DNA of 64,000 nucleotides from an uncultured Gammaproteobacteria bacterium (GTDB taxonomy: Bacteria > Patescibacteriota > Microgenomatia > Levybacterales > UBA12049): assembly GCA_964391315.1 (NCBI GenBank), contig CAYMJR010000002.1, positions 89,223 through 153,222 on the forward strand. Direction: 5' to 3'. The notes under the pieces were generated by a model. The model did no database searches, was not told where the DNA came from, and saw only the letters and a list, made by a program, of their open reading frames with translations. Every line of letters starts with the position of its first letter. The first letter of the stretch is position 1. Position numbers and translations under genes: made by a program. Of this stretch, positions 63,060 through 64,000 are shown piece after piece.

Positions 63060-64000
63060 TTATTTAAATGTTTTCTTAAATTGATCTGCTAATTTTTTGA
63101 TGTTTTTCATTGTATCATCAGTTACCTTTGCTCCGCTACCAAGAGTTTCGAGCAATTTCTTGTCATGTTTTTTAACATATTCATGGAGTCCTTTTTCAAA
63201 TTCTCCAACACGCTCAACTTCAATGTCATCAAGCATACCATTGGTAACAGCAGCGATACTTAAGACCTCGTACATTTCTGGAAGTGGTTGATATTGGAGC
63301 TGCTTGAGCATTTCATTGGTTCTTCGACCGCGGTCAAGTTGTGATTGGGTTGCTGGGTCAAGTTCACTTCCAAATTGAGCAAAGGCTGCAAGCTCTCGGT
63401 ACTGTGCCATTTCAAGTTTCATTTTTCCTGAAACAGATTTCATTGCACCTGTTTGAGCAGCTCCACCAACTCGGGAAACAGAAATACCAGTGTTGATAGC
63501 AGGACGGATACCTGCATTGAAAAGGTCTGCTTGCAAGAAAATCTGTCCATCAGTAATTGAGATAACGTTTGTTGGGATATATGCTGAGATATCACCAGCC
63601 TGTGTTTCGATAATAGGAAGTGCAGTAATAGATCCTCCGCCATTTTTCTCATTAAGTCGTACAGATCTCTCAAGAAGACGGGAGTGAAGGTAAAAAATAT
63701 CTCCTGGGTATGCTTCGCGGCCTGCTGGTCGGCGAAGAACGAGTGAGAGTTGTCGATATGCCCAAGCATGTTTGGTCAAATCGTCATAAACAATAAGAAC
63801 GTCTTCACCTTTTTCCAAGAAGTATTCCGCGATAGCACTGCCTGCATAAGGAGCAAGATATTGTGATGCTGCTGGATCTGATGCACTTGCTGCAACAACA
63901 ATGGTGTAGGAGAGTGCATCTTCTTGATTGAGCTTATCAACAACTTGTGCAACAGAACTTTGTTTTTGTCCAATTGCAACATAAATACAGACAACTCTTT
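63060..64000 (-). CDS. atpA: F1 ATP synthase alpha subunit, C-terminal ~313 codons (5' end outside the window)
   Basis: The frame stays open from 63818 to the window edge. The translation reads ...[98 protein letters not shown]... Confidence 0.95.
   Translation of the reverse strand, partial: RVVCIYVAIGQKQSSVAQVVDKLNQEDALSYTIVVAASASDPAASQYLAPYAGSAIAEYFLEKGEDVLIVYDDLTKHAWAYRQLSLVLRRPAGREAYPGDIFYLHSRLLERSVRLNEKNGGGSITALPIIETQAGDISAYIPTNVISITDGQIFLQADLFNAGIRPAINTGISVSRVGGAAQTGAMKSVSGKMKLEMAQYRELAAFAQFGSELDPATQSQLDRGRRTNEMLKQLQYQPLPEMYEVLSIAAVTNGMLDDIEVERVGEFEKGLHEYVKKHDKKLLETLGSGAKVTDDTMKNIKKLADQFKKTFK

Overview
AT-rich, very tightly packed bacterial fragment with about 60 CDS and one tRNA. It uses the standard genetic code: TAA, TAG and TGA all terminate otherwise intact ORFs. 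All calls rest on motifs read by eye from the ORF track and the sequence; no BLAST or HMM search was run. The minimal dcw cluster, stand-alone type IV pilin-like gene, small proteins and large families of polytopic glycosyltransferase-like proteins resemble CPR/Patescibacteria (Microgenomates-like). That assignment is an inference.

Layout:
- 1-6.1 kb: condensed division/cell-wall cluster, mraY(partial)-ftsW-hydrolase-murG-miniFtsQ-ftsA-ftsZ.
- 6.2-8.3 kb: GT-C-like membrane protein plus a membrane-anchored Pro/Thr-repeat protein.
- 8.5-18.5 kb: unknown 522-aa protein, NUDIX, orphan histidine kinase, pilin-like protein, ileS, rodA, rplU, rpmA, parB, lepB.
- 18.6-59.4 kb: a glycan-assembly supercluster of about 41 kb.
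- 59.4-64 kb, minus strand: atpA(partial)-atpG-atpD-atpC, tRNA-Thr(CGU), and an Ig-like surface protein.

The supercluster holds 8 GT2 domains, 3 GT4 domains, about 10 polytopic GT-C-like proteins (3 fused to cytoplasmic GT domains), a Wzx-like flippase and a Wzy/WaaL-like protein. It also holds 6 methyltransferases, a three-enzyme 2-acetamido-2,6-dideoxy-L-hexose module and a split transketolase-like pair.

I recognised no CRISPR array, transposase, integrase, phage gene or rRNA.

Observations I consider most worth follow-up:
1. A dispersed family of ~35-nt period-7 (GTTCAAA-type) arrays embedded in frame in five places in four unrelated genes, including essential murG and ileS.
2. The GT::GT-C fusion proteins and the GT-C paralogue expansion.
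3. Sigma70-like promoters placed 6-11 nt from start codons, implying leaderless mRNAs.
4. Nine convergent gene junctions with no room for terminators.
5. An 8-mer direct/inverted repeat cluster upstream of rodA.
6. A parS-like palindrome just downstream of a parB that is translationally coupled to rpmA.
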